64,000 bases of DNA from an uncultured Desulfarculus sp. (GTDB lineage Bacteria; Desulfobacterota; Desulfarculia; Desulfarculales; Desulfarculaceae), in assembly GCA_963665125.2 (NCBI GenBank), contig CAXXUK010000001.1, positions 2,592,001 to 2,656,000 of the forward strand, given 5' to 3'. Under the pieces are notes generated by a model that saw only the letters and a program-made list of their open reading frames with translations, did no database searches and had not been told where the DNA came from. The translations under genes and the position numbers were made by a program. Numbering within the stretch: the stretch's first letter is position 1; every line of letters starts with the position of its first letter. Below are positions 45,681-57,300 of the stretch, in pieces.

Positions 45681-46667
45681 CTAGGCCTTTTTCACCGCCG
45701 ACATGGTGAAGCAGTTGAATCGCAGGCCAAAGATGATCCAGGCCGTCTGGCTCATGGCCCTGGAAAGTGGTCCGGGCCTGGGGAACGGCGGCACGTCGCC
45801 GTCCTGGGGGCCGATATTGGCCGAGATCTTGGTCATGCCGTCGGATACGGCCCGCATCACCGGGAAGCCATCAAAGGTCTTGCGGAACTGGGCGTACTCG
45901 GGCTGCCGGAAGGCGTAGAAATAATCCCGGACCCGCAACGGAGCAAAGGCCCCCAGGAACTCCAGGCCGGTCTGGTCGAACCAGCCCAGGATCTCCCCGG
46001 CGGAGTGCAGGCTCTCGTGAGGGAATCCGAAGATGTCGTAGGCGATGTTCTTGGTGTTGACGCCGTGGTAGCGGGCGTCGAGTTTTTTCAGGGTGCGGGA
46101 AAAGAGCTTTTCGCCCCACTCCACCCGCTTGTGGATGTCGTCGCCGCCCAGCCACTTGCAGATGGTCTGCTTGCCCCGCAGGATGCGCCGGGAATAAGAG
46201 CTGTAGAGGCTGACGATGACCACGCCGCCGGGCTTGGTTATGCGGGCCAGGTGCTTGAATCCCCGCAGGGGATCGCCGGTGTGGTGCAACACGCCCACGG
46301 AATAGGAATAGTCGTAGTAGTTGTCGGGCAACTCGCAGTTGAGGATGTCCATCTTCTTGAAATTGACGTGGTCGAACCCGGCCTCCTGCCTGCGTTGCTC
46401 GGCGATTTTCAGCGAGCCGTCGGACAGGTCGATGCCCTGGACCTCGGCCGCGCCGTTCTGGGCGTACCACAGGGCGTATTCGCCGGTGCCGCAGCCCATG
46501 TCCAGGACCTTCTTGCCCTTGAAGTCCTCGGGCCGCACGCCCAGGCATTTGAGCCGCCAGCCCATCTCCTCGTCGGCGTCGCGGTGGGTGGGCCAGGGCA
46601 CCTCGGAATACATGCCCACCACGGTTTCCTGAATTTTCTTGATTTCCGGCGAAAGCTCTTGGGCCAT
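45681..46667 (-). CDS. Class I SAM-dependent methyltransferase
   Basis: VLDMGCGTG, GIDLS, GVLHHTGDP, KPGG. Confidence 0.9.
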   Translation of the reverse strand: MAQELSPEIKKIQETVVGMYSEVPWPTHRDADEEMGWRLKCLGVRPEDFKGKKVLDMGCGTGEYALWYAQNGAAEVQGIDLSDGSLKIAEQRRQEAGFDHVNFKKMDILNCELPDNYYDYSYSVGVLHHTGDPLRGFKHLARITKPGGVVIVSLYSSYSRRILRGKQTICKWLGGDDIHKRVEWGEKLFSRTLKKLDARYHGVNTKNIAYDIFGFPHESLHSAGEILGWFDQTGLEFLGAFAPLRVRDYFYAFRQPEYAQFRKTFDGFPVMRAVSDGMTKISANIGPQDGDVPPFPRPGPLSRAMSQTAWIIFGLRFNCFTMSAVKKA

Positions 46668-46703
46668 TGTCAAATCCTTAGCAGGCCGCCAATGGGGCCA
46701 TTA

Positions 46704-47459
46704 TCACTTACGCATTCCGGTCACCCGGGCCGGAACGCCCAAATTTATCGAATATTCCGGGGCGTCCTTGCTCAGCAACGCCGAGGCGGCGGCCACAGAG
46801 CCCTTGCCCATGCTCACCCCGCCCAGCACGGTGACGCCGGAGCCCAGCCATACATCGTCGGCCAGGTTCACTCCGCCGTCAAGCTTGATGCCCTGCTTGC
46901 ACATGGGCATGTCCAGGCGGTCGATGTTGTAGTTGCCGCCGCCCACCAGGTAGCACATGGGGCCGATGGCCACGTCCGCGCCCACCCTGACCGGGTTGAG
47001 GCCCGCCGAGTGGATGATGGTCTTGGCTCCCACACCCGTGCCGGCGCCGATTTCCACGGTGCCGCCCTTGCAGGAGATCATCACGTTGTTGGACAGGTTG
47101 ACGTCGTCGCCCAACACGATGACCCGGTCGCTGTTCGGCGTGCGGGCGTCGAGAATGCAGCCCTCGCCGATGACCACCCGCCGTCCCAGATGGATGCGGC
47201 CCGGGTGGCGCAGCACCATGCGCTGGCCGAAGTTGACGCCCTTGCCGCAGGAGCCGAACAGCCGGGGCCAAAACAGCTTGCGCATCAACAGGCCCAAGGC
47301 GCCGGGCAGCGCGCCCATGAGCATGCACCACTCATAATAAATGAGCCCCCATAGCGAACGGCTGCCCACCACGACGTCCTGGTAGCGGGACAGGACGCTG
47401 CCGCCCTCCACCGCCGCGTCGTGGGTCTTGATCTGGCCGCCTTGGTCCGGGGCGCTCAA
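46704..47459 (-). CDS. Hexapeptide-repeat sugar O-acyltransferase
   Basis: Hexapeptide repeats, DDVWLGSGVTVLGGV, GVPARV. Confidence 0.88.
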   Translation of the reverse strand: MSAPDQGGQIKTHDAAVEGGSVLSRYQDVVVGSRSLWGLIYYEWCMLMGALPGALGLLMRKLFWPRLFGSCGKGVNFGQRMVLRHPGRIHLGRRVVIGEGCILDARTPNSDRVIVLGDDVNLSNNVMISCKGGTVEIGAGTGVGAKTIIHSAGLNPVRVGADVAIGPMCYLVGGGNYNIDRLDMPMCKQGIKLDGGVNLADDVWLGSGVTVLGGVSMGKGSVAAASALLSKDAPEYSINLGVPARVTGMRK

Positions 47460-47578
47460 AGGCTCACCTCTGGTCTGTTCAAACGGCTGTAATGCCGTGG
47501 TTTACAAGGGCACAATACGCCAAGGGATTCATTTAACACAAGGCGCATATATTGTCCATAGCATGCGCGGGCGGCGGC

Positions 47579-49447
47579 CTAGCCCTCCAGGAAGCGCTTG
47601 TGCCACAGGGCCGCGTTCATCAGGGCCCACAGCACGTGGTTGTGGTTCTGTTTTTCGGCCAGGTGTTCGTCCATCATCCGCTGGACTTCCTTGGTTTCCA
47701 TGAAGTCGTGGATCAGCGGGCTGGTGGTCAACAGTTCCTTCATCAGGGGCATGAGCTGGGCCTCGTCGCGCAGCAGGTTCTTCACGGGCAAGCTGTAGCC
47801 CTGCTTGCCCCGGTGGACCACCCGCTCGGGCACCAGGCCGGTAATGGCCTTGCGCAGAATGTGCTTGGTCTCCATGCCCTTGAGCTTGAGGTTGCCCGGA
47901 ATCTGGGCCGCGGTCTCCACCACCTCGTGGTCCAAAAACGGCACCCGCACCTCCAGGGAGGTGCTCATGGACATTTTGTCCACCTTCATCAACACGCTGT
48001 CGACCATGTTCAGCCGGATGTCGGTGTATATCTCGCGGTCGATGCGTTTGTCGCTGTTGCAGCTTTCCAGAACCCGGCGCACGGGCATGAAGGTGTCGAA
48101 CGCCACCTTGGAGCGCACGTCTTCGTTGAACAGTCGCTCGGCCTGGCCCGGAGCCAGGAAATACTGCCAGCGGATGTGCTCGCCTTCGGCGGGCAGGATG
48201 GCCCCGTCCATGAAGCGCTTGAGCATGTTCACCGCGCCCTTTTTCTGAGGCCGGTCCTTGAACAGGCGGCTGACGGCCCAGCCAGCACGGGCCGCGCCGG
48301 GTATCATTTGCAGGGGTCGGGTCAGCTTGGAGGCGATGAAGCGGTCATAGCCGCAAAATATCTCGTCGCCGCCCTCACCGCTGAGCACCACGGTGACCTC
48401 TTTCTTGGCCTCCCGGCAGATGAGCATCAGGGGGATGGCCGACAGGTCGGTCATGGGCTCGTCCAGGTGGTAAACCGCCGTTTCCAGGTCGTCGATGCTC
48501 AGGCCGGGGATCATCAGCACATGGGGCTCGGTGCCGTAATGCTGGGCCATGTCCTCGGCATAGTCCAGTTCGCTGAAAGTCGGGTCCGGGTAGCCGATGA
48601 TAAAGGTGCGCAGCGGGTCCACGCCCAGTTTGCGCATCTCGGCCACCACGGTGGTGGAGTCGATGCCCCCGGAAAGAAACACGCCCAGGGGCACGTCGCT
48701 CATCAGCCTGCGCCGCACGGCCGTCTCCAGCAGGGGTTTGAGCACCTCCACGGCCTCGTCGGCGTTCTTGAATTTGTCGCCGAACTTGATGTCCCAATAC
48801 TTGCGCTCGGTCATCTCGCCGCTGTTCATGTCGAACATGGCGTAGTGGCCCTGGCGCAGCTTGCGGATGCCTTCGAACAGGGTGCGCGGGGCGGGCACGA
48901 ACTCGTAGCCCAGGTATTGGTAAAGGCCGGTGACGTCCACCTGACGGTCATAGCCGTCCCACTCTAGGATGGCCTTGATCTCGTTGGCGAAGATCAGTTT
49001 GTTGCCGTAGTGGTGGTAGTACAGCGGCTTGATGCCCAGGCGGTCGCGGCCCAGCATGATCCGTTTCTTCTTGGCGTCGTGGATGGCAAAGCAGTACATG
49101 CCCGACAGGCGGTTGATGCAGTCTTCGCCCCATTCCTCATAGCCGTGCAGGATCACCTCGGAGTCGGAGCGGGAATGGAACTTGTGCCCGGCACTGATCA
49201 ATTCACGTCGCAGGGCCAGGTGATTGTAGATCTCGCCGTTGGCCACCAGGAACACGTCGCCGGTTTCGTTGACCATGGGCTGGCGGCCGTTGACCGACAG
49301 GTCGATGATCGAAAGCCGGGTCTGGCCCAAGGTGGCCCCGCCGCCCACGTGGCTGTCTTGGTCGTCCGGGCCGCGGTGGCGCAGGGTGTTCATCATGGAG
49401 TTGATCAGGGGCTGATCTTCCCAGGAAAATCCACAGATGCCGCACAT
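47579..49447 (-). CDS. asnB: Asparagine synthase (glutamine-hydrolysing)-type amidotransferase
   Basis: MCGICG, HRGPD, NGEIYN, LSGGIDS, SGEGGDE, LEVRVPFLD. Confidence 0.95.
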   Translation of the reverse strand: MCGICGFSWEDQPLINSMMNTLRHRGPDDQDSHVGGGATLGQTRLSIIDLSVNGRQPMVNETGDVFLVANGEIYNHLALRRELISAGHKFHSRSDSEVILHGYEEWGEDCINRLSGMYCFAIHDAKKKRIMLGRDRLGIKPLYYHHYGNKLIFANEIKAILEWDGYDRQVDVTGLYQYLGYEFVPAPRTLFEGIRKLRQGHYAMFDMNSGEMTERKYWDIKFGDKFKNADEAVEVLKPLLETAVRRRLMSDVPLGVFLSGGIDSTTVVAEMRKLGVDPLRTFIIGYPDPTFSELDYAEDMAQHYGTEPHVLMIPGLSIDDLETAVYHLDEPMTDLSAIPLMLICREAKKEVTVVLSGEGGDEIFCGYDRFIASKLTRPLQMIPGAARAGWAVSRLFKDRPQKKGAVNMLKRFMDGAILPAEGEHIRWQYFLAPGQAERLFNEDVRSKVAFDTFMPVRRVLESCNSDKRIDREIYTDIRLNMVDSVLMKVDKMSMSTSLEVRVPFLDHEVVETAAQIPGNLKLKGMETKHILRKAITGLVPERVVHRGKQGYSLPVKNLLRDEAQLMPLMKELLTTSPLIHDFMETKEVQRMMDEHLAEKQNHNHVLWALMNAALWHKRFLEG

Positions 49448-49805
49448 ATCTTTTTAGTTTCCGCTTTCGGCTTGCCGCCGGGAAATGAGTAGTCCAAAGG
49501 ATATTTTATGGATCACAGTTTACTGTCAGCGCTCTTGGAGCGCAAGCTTATGAAGGAGTGGGGGATATGTTTGGCACAGGGGGAAATTTATCGCCGAGGG
49601 TGTCCCAACCATCTCGGTTGGACGCATTTTATTTCACGCTTCCTGAAAATCCAATCTTGACCGCGCCACGCTGGGGGCCGCCGGGTTATATCCGTGCAGT
49701 GCGTTTTGCCCGCGCTTTGGGAGCCAAAGCTTTTGGCGCCGATTGACTCCCACAGGCCGCCGTGCTATTTTCGCGGCAGTTTTGGGGGCTTAACCAGGGG
49801 TGAAC

Positions 49806-50774
49806 ATGTCGCTGCTCAAAAACAAATGGCTGCGCGGGCTGATCAGCGTGGGGCTTTTGGTCCTGCTGCTGTGGTGGCTGGTCGACCCCAAGGAGGCAGC
49901 CAGGGTCGTCTCCACGGCCGACTGGCGTTACCTGGCCCTGATGCTGGTGGTGCTCGTGGCCGACCGCGTGTTCATGGCCTACAAGTGGCGCCTGCTGCTC
50001 ATCTGCCGCGATTTGCCCCTGAGCCTGGGCCGGGCCTCCAGCAGCTATTTCCTGGCCACCTTTGCCGGATGTTTTCTGCCCAGCACCGTGGGGGCAGACG
50101 CCCTGCGCATAGCCGCCGTGGCCGGGCCGGGGCTGCCCAGCGCCGAGTTGACCGCCTCGGTGGTGGTGGAGCGGGCCCTGGGTTTCGTGGCCGCCGCCCT
50201 GGCCGCCCTGATGGGCCTGGTCCTGTTGATGGGTTTCACCGCCGGGCTGCCCAAACAGTTTTTCCACTGGGCCCTGGCCGTTCTGGCCGTCTCGGCCCTG
50301 GGCGTCACGGCCTCGCTGAGTTCCATGGCCGGACGGGCCTCCATGACCCTGGAAAAAAAATTGGACGGCCGGGGCAAGCTGGCCGCATGGGCCTCGCGCA
50401 TGCTGGCCGCCTACCGCCAGTATTCCAACCACCGCTGGACCCTGGCCTGGTTTTTCGTGCTCACCCTGGCCGAGCAGGCCGCGCTGATCATCACCAACTG
50501 GCTGTCGGCCCAGGCCTATCATATAGACCTAACCCTGCTGGAGGCCGCGGCGGTGACGCCGGTGGCCATTCTGCTGGCCCGTTTGCCCATAACCGTCAGT
50601 TCTTTCGGGGTGATGGAGGGCCTGTACATGGCCTTTTTCGGCCTTGTCGGCGTGGGCCCCACCGAGGCCTTTCTGATGGGCCTCACCCAGAATCTGGCCA
50701 CCCTGGCCAGCTCGCTGCCCGGCATGGCGCCCTATCTGACCGGGGGCATCCGCCATGGCGGCAAGGGCAGATAG
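49806..50774 (+). CDS. Lysylphosphatidylglycerol synthase TM / UPF0104 flippase-like protein
   Basis: KWRLLL, FLPSTVGADALR, VVVERALG, LPITVSSFGVMEG. Confidence 0.85.
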   Translation: MSLLKNKWLRGLISVGLLVLLLWWLVDPKEAARVVSTADWRYLALMLVVLVADRVFMAYKWRLLLICRDLPLSLGRASSSYFLATFAGCFLPSTVGADALRIAAVAGPGLPSAELTASVVVERALGFVAAALAALMGLVLLMGFTAGLPKQFFHWALAVLAVSALGVTASLSSMAGRASMTLEKKLDGRGKLAAWASRMLAAYRQYSNHRWTLAWFFVLTLAEQAALIITNWLSAQAYHIDLTLLEAAAVTPVAILLARLPITVSSFGVMEGLYMAFFGLVGVGPTEAFLMGLTQNLATLASSLPGMAPYLTGGIRHGGKGR

Positions 50775-50890
50775 AGGCCTCCTTTGTTTACTAATTTGCA
50801 TGTTTTTGCTAACGTGAGTAAAATTGGTTAGTTGCGGGCGCGGCACAGCGTCCGGTGTCCAGTGTGACGCCCAAGGTATGGAGCCGGGAA

Positions 50891-53800
50891 ATGAAACCAG
50901 AGCCCAGCATCCCAGAAAGCATTGAATCCGCATTCGGCTGGAGGGTCGGCACCATTCTGCTGATCCTCGTTGGTTTGGCGCTGAGGCTGTGGGGTCTGGA
51001 TTGGGGCGGCTCGGCGGCTGATCCCCATGCCGAAAGAATCATCAACGCCATCGCTTCCGGCGACCTTCTCTACCAAATCGACCCGGCCAACCCCCACTGG
51101 GACCACCTGTACTATTTCCTGGCGGCGGTATGCAAATCCGTTCTGTGGCTGATTTTCGGCGGATTTTCCCTGCTGACCGGCGCGGCGCCCACCGCCAGCG
51201 CGGTGGACATCCCCACCGTGATGGCCGGACGCCTGCTTTCGGCCATCCTGGGCACGGCCACCATCTGGATCTGCATCAGGTTGGCCCACAAGGCCTTCCA
51301 GAGCCGTTCCGCCGGTTTCGTGGCCGGCGTGCTGGCGGCGGTGAGCCCGCTGTTGATCGCCGAGGCCCATTACATGGACCGCAGCGCCACGGCGGTGTTT
51401 TTCGCCGGCCTATGCCTGTTGCCGATGATCGATATCTGCCGGGGCGCCTCGCCCCTGCGTTACGGCTTGGCCGGTTTTCTGCTGGGCCTGGCCTGCACGG
51501 CCGACGCCCGGCTGGGCACTTTGGCCCTGCCCCTGTTGGCCGCTCACATTATCGGGGCCTTGCGCAACAAGGAAAAGCTGCCCTCGCGCCTGGTGGGCCT
51601 GCCGGTGGTTTTGGCCGCCGGTGCTCTCGCCGGAGTTGCTATTGGCTTTCCGCCGCTACTCAGCGGCAAGGTCAGCATATTCGGCCTTTGGCAAAGGGGC
51701 CTCGAAAAAATAGCGGCCGCCAACCCCGACTGGACCGGTCCCTGGATCGACGGGCCGGTGGGCTCGCGGCTCTTTGAAACCATATCGCTCATCGGCGACG
51801 CCATTGGCTGGGGCATCGTGGTCCTTGCCGTTTGCGGGTTTGTCCTGGCCCTTTACCGCCGGACATGGTCCGGAGTGTGCCTGGCCCTTCTCGTCTTGAC
51901 CTTGCCCCTCGTGCAGGTCCTTTGGCTGGGCGGGCAGGTGGAATCCTGCCAGGCCATGACCCTACCTCCGCTACTTTGCCTGGCGGCGGCGGGCCCGGCA
52001 GCGCTGGCCGACCGCCGGAGGCTTTCCCCCCTGGCCACGGGCATGACGGCCGTGGCCCTGGCCGTGCTGATAGCCCTGCCGTCCATGTGGCGCACCTGGG
52101 CCGTGGGCTATCTGTTCTGGCAGGAGCAGCCGACCCAGTCGGCCCAAACCTGGGCCGCTAGCAACATGCCGCCCAACGCGATGACCTTCGCCGACCCCGG
52201 CGCGCCCATGCTCGGCAGCGTCCGGCCGCTTCCCCTTGACAAGCTCAAGCCCAACAGCGACAAGGCCTCGTTCGTGGTGCTCAGCGCCACCGCCGACGAC
52301 CTGAACTACAAAGCATGGACAGGCAGAGCCTATGACGACGCCGGCGACCGCAGCCTGATGATCCGGGGCAATTTCCTGCCCCTGAAGGCATTCGACATCA
52401 AGGGCATGCCCCCCCGGGCCGATGTTCCGGGCCGGAGACGCTTCCCCAGAGCCCTTAGTCCAACGGTATTGCTGTTTGCCAACAACCAAAAGCCCCAGGC
52501 CTCCCAGCCTCTGGGGTTCGAACGGCCGCCCGGCCAAACCGGCCTGCTACGCAAGGTCTGTTATCTGAACGCTCCGGAATACAGCCGCGATCCAACGGCT
52601 CTGGAAATCAACGGCGGCAAAGTCACCCTAAGCCGCACCCTGCGCTCTGCCGTCGACTTGGACCAGGCCACCCTGGAATTGGTCAACCGGGGTGACAACA
52701 CGGTTCATGTCAAGGCCGGTCAGGGGCCCGGCCAGAATGAAGACCTTCAGTTGGAGCCGGGCCAGGTATGGCGCTGGAACGTTAAGGCGGCAAACTGGCC
52801 CTGGCCCGTGCCGAGGGTGTACCCCTTCAATATTTCAGCCGAAGACGGTCAAGTGGCCGGACGCATAATCAGCGATCCGCTGATTATGGGCCAAAAGGCC
52901 CTGGATGGCATGCGCTGGGCCGAGGCGGAAGCGCACCTGCGCCGGGCCCACGAGCAAAACCCGAAGGCATTGATGCCCGGAGCCCTGTTGGCCGCCGCGC
53001 TGGTGGAACAGGGCAAGGACAAACAGGCCAAAGACTTGATCAAGGGCCATGAGCAACAACTCCAGCAAATGACCCGGCTGGCCCTGGACCAGTCGTCCCT
53101 GGATGAATGGCTGGGGAGTCTGGAAAAATTCAGCGGACTGGACCCGGTGCTTTTGATGCGTTCGCTGACCATGGAGATACCGGTTCAGATGCACAAGGGC
53201 CGCCAGGTGGGCGGAGCGATGATCCTGGCGAACCACGATATCCTGGCCAAGGTGGCCTGGCCCAAGGACGGCCGGGGGCCGGTGACCAAGATACGGCTCA
53301 AACACTGGCTGCCCGCGGCTCCACTGACCATCCGCTGCAAGATAATCGGCTCCCCCGGCCAGTTGGGGCCCGATGAACCGGCTGCCCAGATCATCCTGTT
53401 CAGGCGTGACAGGGGTAAAAGGACAATGGCCGTGGAGGCCACCCTCAGCGGCGCCCAGGTGTCCGGCGGCGAGGTGATAGAGGCCATGCTCAGGGTCAAC
53501 CCCGTCCATGCGGCCGACTGGTGGGAGATCGAGTTGAAGTCCCTGCAGGCCGCTCCCCTGACCATTTCGCATATCAGCGTGGAATTCGACCCACGGGAGC
53601 AGTTCAGGGCCGGCGCCCGCTGGGCCTTGAGCGCCTGGGGCCGTCTGGCCCTGGCCGGGGGCGACAAGGACCTGGCCCGGCGCGTCTTGAACGACGTATC
53701 GCTCATTGACGACCGCTTCATCCACGCCGTGTTGCCACATGTCCAGGTCCTGCGGGATTCAGGCTGGCCCGGAGCGGCCGCCGAGCGCCTGCGGGGAGCC

Positions 53801-54322
53801 GTGGATCTCTTGGCGTCCCGTCCGGAGTTGTTGCAGGCGGCCAGGGAGATCGCCCGCAGTCTGGGCGACGACAAATTGGGCGAGCAGTTGGCCGACATGC
53901 TCACGGCTCTGCAACCGCCCAAGGAGCACACCATTACATTCAGCCAAGGCGTCAAGCTCATCGGTTATGACCTGAAGAGCGACGGCGACGACCTGGGCAA
54001 AAAAGTCACGTTGCGATTGTTCTGGCAATTCGACCAGACGCCGCCCAAGGACTACAAGATCAACTGCCGCCTGGAAGGACCTGCCGAACTCAAACTGGAC
54101 CACAAGCTCTCCGGCGGCAAGCAGCGCATGGACCGGGTGATGCCCGGCGATGTCGTCGTCGACGACGTCAGCGGCCGCATCGATCAGGAAGGCGGCGGCG
54201 GCAAGTACCGCATTGTCCTTAGCCTTTCGCCGGATACGCCGGGCTCACGGCGGTTGATGGTCCTCGACGGCAAGCTGGCCGGACGGCGCTACGGCGTCAT
54301 CGAAGGCGTGGCGCTGCCTTGA
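50891..54322 (+). CDS. Large GT-C (ArnT/PMT-like) membrane glycosyltransferase with extended periplasmic region
   Basis: GLALRLWGL, GRLLSAILG, AVSPLLIAEAHY, ~12 TM, TPR-like stretch, C-terminal GVKLIGY...LRLFW...PGDVVVD domain. Confidence 0.78.
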   Translation: MKPEPSIPESIESAFGWRVGTILLILVGLALRLWGLDWGGSAADPHAERIINAIASGDLLYQIDPANPHWDHLYYFLAAVCKSVLWLIFGGFSLLTGAAPTASAVDIPTVMAGRLLSAILGTATIWICIRLAHKAFQSRSAGFVAGVLAAVSPLLIAEAHYMDRSATAVFFAGLCLLPMIDICRGASPLRYGLAGFLLGLACTADARLGTLALPLLAAHIIGALRNKEKLPSRLVGLPVVLAAGALAGVAIGFPPLLSGKVSIFGLWQRGLEKIAAANPDWTGPWIDGPVGSRLFETISLIGDAIGWGIVVLAVCGFVLALYRRTWSGVCLALLVLTLPLVQVLWLGGQVESCQAMTLPPLLCLAAAGPAALADRRRLSPLATGMTAVALAVLIALPSMWRTWAVGYLFWQEQPTQSAQTWAASNMPPNAMTFADPGAPMLGSVRPLPLDKLKPNSDKASFVVLSATADDLNYKAWTGRAYDDAGDRSLMIRGNFLPLKAFDIKGMPPRADVPGRRRFPRALSPTVLLFANNQKPQASQPLGFERPPGQTGLLRKVCYLNAPEYSRDPTALEINGGKVTLSRTLRSAVDLDQATLELVNRGDNTVHVKAGQGPGQNEDLQLEPGQVWRWNVKAANWPWPVPRVYPFNISAEDGQVAGRIISDPLIMGQKALDGMRWAEAEAHLRRAHEQNPKALMPGALLAAALVEQGKDKQAKDLIKGHEQQLQQMTRLALDQSSLDEWLGSLEKFSGLDPVLLMRSLTMEIPVQMHKGRQVGGAMILANHDILAKVAWPKDGRGPVTKIRLKHWLPAAPLTIRCKIIGSPGQLGPDEPAAQIILFRRDRGKRTMAVEATLSGAQVSGGEVIEAMLRVNPVHAADWWEIELKSLQAAPLTISHISVEFDPREQFRAGARWALSAWGRLALAGGDKDLARRVLNDVSLIDDRFIHAVLPHVQVLRDSGWPGAAAERLRGAVDLLASRPELLQAAREIARSLGDDKLGEQLADMLTALQPPKEHTITFSQGVKLIGYDLKSDGDDLGKKVTLRLFWQFDQTPPKDYKINCRLEGPAELKLDHKLSGGKQRMDRVMPGDVVVDDVSGRIDQEGGGGKYRIVLSLSPDTPGSRRLMVLDGKLAGRRYGVIEGVALP

Positions 54323-57300
54323 CCAGTCAGGAGCCGCCCAAAACAAGCTGGAAGGCCGTCCTGGCCCTGGTCCTGCTTTTCATTGTGCTGGGCCTGGCCC
54401 ACACCTGGCCCGTGGGCAGCCGGATCAACCAGGCCATACCCTACGGCTACAGCGTGGTGCCGGGCTATGAGTGCACGCCGATGATGCCCGGCGATCACTT
54501 GCAGTTCTATTACTGGTGCTGGCTGGCCGGAGACAACCTGCTGGGCCCGTCGGGCTTTCCCGGCAATCCCTATGAGTTCAACACCGACGTCACCCCGAAC
54601 GGCCTGGCCGTCTACGCCAATTTTCCCTGGTCCCTGATCTTCGTGGCCCTGGAGCCCCTGGGCCCGGCCCTGGCTTACAACATCATGGTCTTGCTGACCT
54701 ATGTCCTGGTGGGGTTGTTTACGTTCTTGTGGGTCAGCAAGGTGCTGGGCAACTGGCTGGCCGCCCTGCCCGCCGCGCTTTTAATGACCCTGATGCCCTT
54801 CCGGGCGGCCCAGGCCCTTTCGGGCCATATCTACGGCTTTGTCATCTTCCTGCTGCCGCTGACCCTATGGTCCCTGGAATGCGGTTGGCGGGCCAGGCCC
54901 AAACGGGCCGAACTATGGGGCCTGTTGGCCGGTCTGGCCCTGCTGGCCGCCTCGGTCATGGAAAGCCACCTGATCTACTACTCCTGCCTGCTGTTGGGCC
55001 TGTATGTGCCGCTGCGCATGCTTCAGGACGCCAACACCGATGAAGACCCAGGCCAATGGTCGCGCATCTGGGCTGTGGTGCCCCTGCTGGCCGGTTTCGC
55101 CCTTGGCCTTACCGTCCACCTGAGCATGATCAGGGGTGGCGGCGGGGAATTGATGTCGGTCCAGTTCGGCCAGACCCTGGCCATCTATGTCCTGACCACG
55201 GCCGGCGTCTGGCTGCTGCTGACCCAATTGGCCGCGGCGCTTACCAGCCTGGGCCGCAGCGCCGCGGCCTCGGCCCTGGCCAAGGGCTTCGCGCCCCTGG
55301 TCTTCAGCCCGCTATACGCCGTGCAGTTCTTCTTTGACGTGCCCCACTTGGGCTCGGGTCTGTTGGCCGTGCTGGCGCTCACCGGCGCCGCCCTGGCCCT
55401 GCCGCCGCTGTGGCGGGCCCGGCGCATGCCCGCCCTTCGGGCCGGATGGTGGAGGCCTTTGTGGCCCCTGGTCCTGTGCCTGTGCCTGGCCGTGGCCTAC
55501 CTGATGCGCATGAAGAGCACCCTCATGGCCGGAAGCATCGTGGACAAGGGCCGCAGCGTCATGGAGGTGCTGTTGTTTTCTCCCCGCCCGGCCGATCTTT
55601 TCCACACCCAGGGCGTGCACAGTGAAAAGATGATCTACATGGGCGTGGTGTTCATGGCCCTGGCCCTGATCGGCGTGGTCTGGCTGGTGCTGCGCCGCCG
55701 CAGCGGCGGGCAGGCCACGGCCAGGGCCGCCCTAGGCGCCGGGCTGGGCCTGTTGGCCCTGCTGTTGGCCCTGGGGCCCACCGTGGAAGAGTTGCCCCTG
55801 TACGGCCTGCTGTACAAGTACATGCCGTTCTTCAAATACCCCCGGGTGCCGGGCCGTCTTATCATGGTGGCCGCGCCCTTGTTGGGTCTGGCCGCCGGCT
55901 GGGCCCTGATGCGGCTTATAGGCCTGCTTCGCACCGGCCCCAGGGCCCGCGTTGCCACCGGCATCGCCGTATGCGCCTTGCTGGCCCTGAGCGTCTGGCC
56001 GGCCCAGGCCCCCGGCCTGTGCCCCCTTACCCCGCCGGGCAAGGTCGAGGCGGCCATAATCAAGGACATGCCCACCGGCCCCGGCGCAGCCAAACGCCTG
56101 CTGGGCCTGCCCATCTGGCCGGGCGACAGCCATCAGTCGTCCATGTACGAAATGCTCATCACCCGAACCAGAGCGGTGATGGTCAACGGCTACGCGCCGT
56201 ACGTGCCCAGGGTGTACCTGGAAAAGGTCTTCGAGCCGCTGTATCCCCTGGATTTCGGGTTTATCACGCCCCAGGCCCGTCAGGCCATGGAGCGCCTGGA
56301 CGTTGGCGGCGTCGTCTTTTACGACGACGACCAGGTCTACACCCGCAAGGTCAGCCCATATCCCCCGGCCTTGGCCCGGCGCAGGCTGGAGGCCTCTGGC
56401 CTGTTGCGTCTGCAGGCCCAGCAAGGATCGGCGTTTTTCTACGGCCTGACCGACGCCGCCAAACCAAACGGGACCAACGATCTTGTTTCCCCGGTGGTGG
56501 CTCTGTGGGAGGCCAACTGGCTGCGTCATGACACCGGCGCGCCGGTCGACGACCCCAATGCCTCGGGCTGGGGCCTGCTGTTCCACGAGGCCGACGACCC
56601 GCTGGGCCCGCTGGGCCCCCGCCAGGCCTGGGCCAAGGGCAACGTTATCGCGGCCAGGGAAGGCCGGGACAAGCCCGGTTTCCTGTCCCACGGCCCGCAC
56701 AAGATGTTTCCGCCGGGCAATTATGTAGCCCGTTTCAGACTGCGCCGGGGCCCCGGTCCGGAACCCGGACGGGTGGAAATAACCACCAATGGCGGCGAAA
56801 CCGTATTGGCCGGGCGGGATATATCGGCCCGGGTCCTGCCCCCGGACGGCCGATGGCACGACGTGGCCGTGGAGTTCAGCCTGGACGGCCTGGCCTCAAT
56901 AGAAACCCGCACCTGGTATAACGGCGGGGCCGACCTGGCCCTGGACGTGGTTCTGGTGGGTTTTGCCGGCGCCGAACCGTGGACGGGCGTGTATCCGGCC
57001 TGGCGGCTATGGCGGCAGACCGGCGGCCTGGTGGCCGACGACAAGGCCCCCGGCGGCTGGGCCGTGGAGGCCGAGGCCGGTTGGACGCCGCCGCTGTACC
57101 TGATGCACGGGCCCCAGCAGACCTATGATCCGGGGCGCTACCAGGCCGAGTTCATCATCGCCGCCGGAGACGCGCCGGGGCCCGGCGGCCCGGCCTGCCT
57201 GCTGGCCGTGGCCACGGACCTGGGCCGCAGGGTTTTGGGCAGCCGCCTGGTCGATAGCGCCGAATTGGGCGGGGACTATAAACGCTTTGCAGTTGAATTC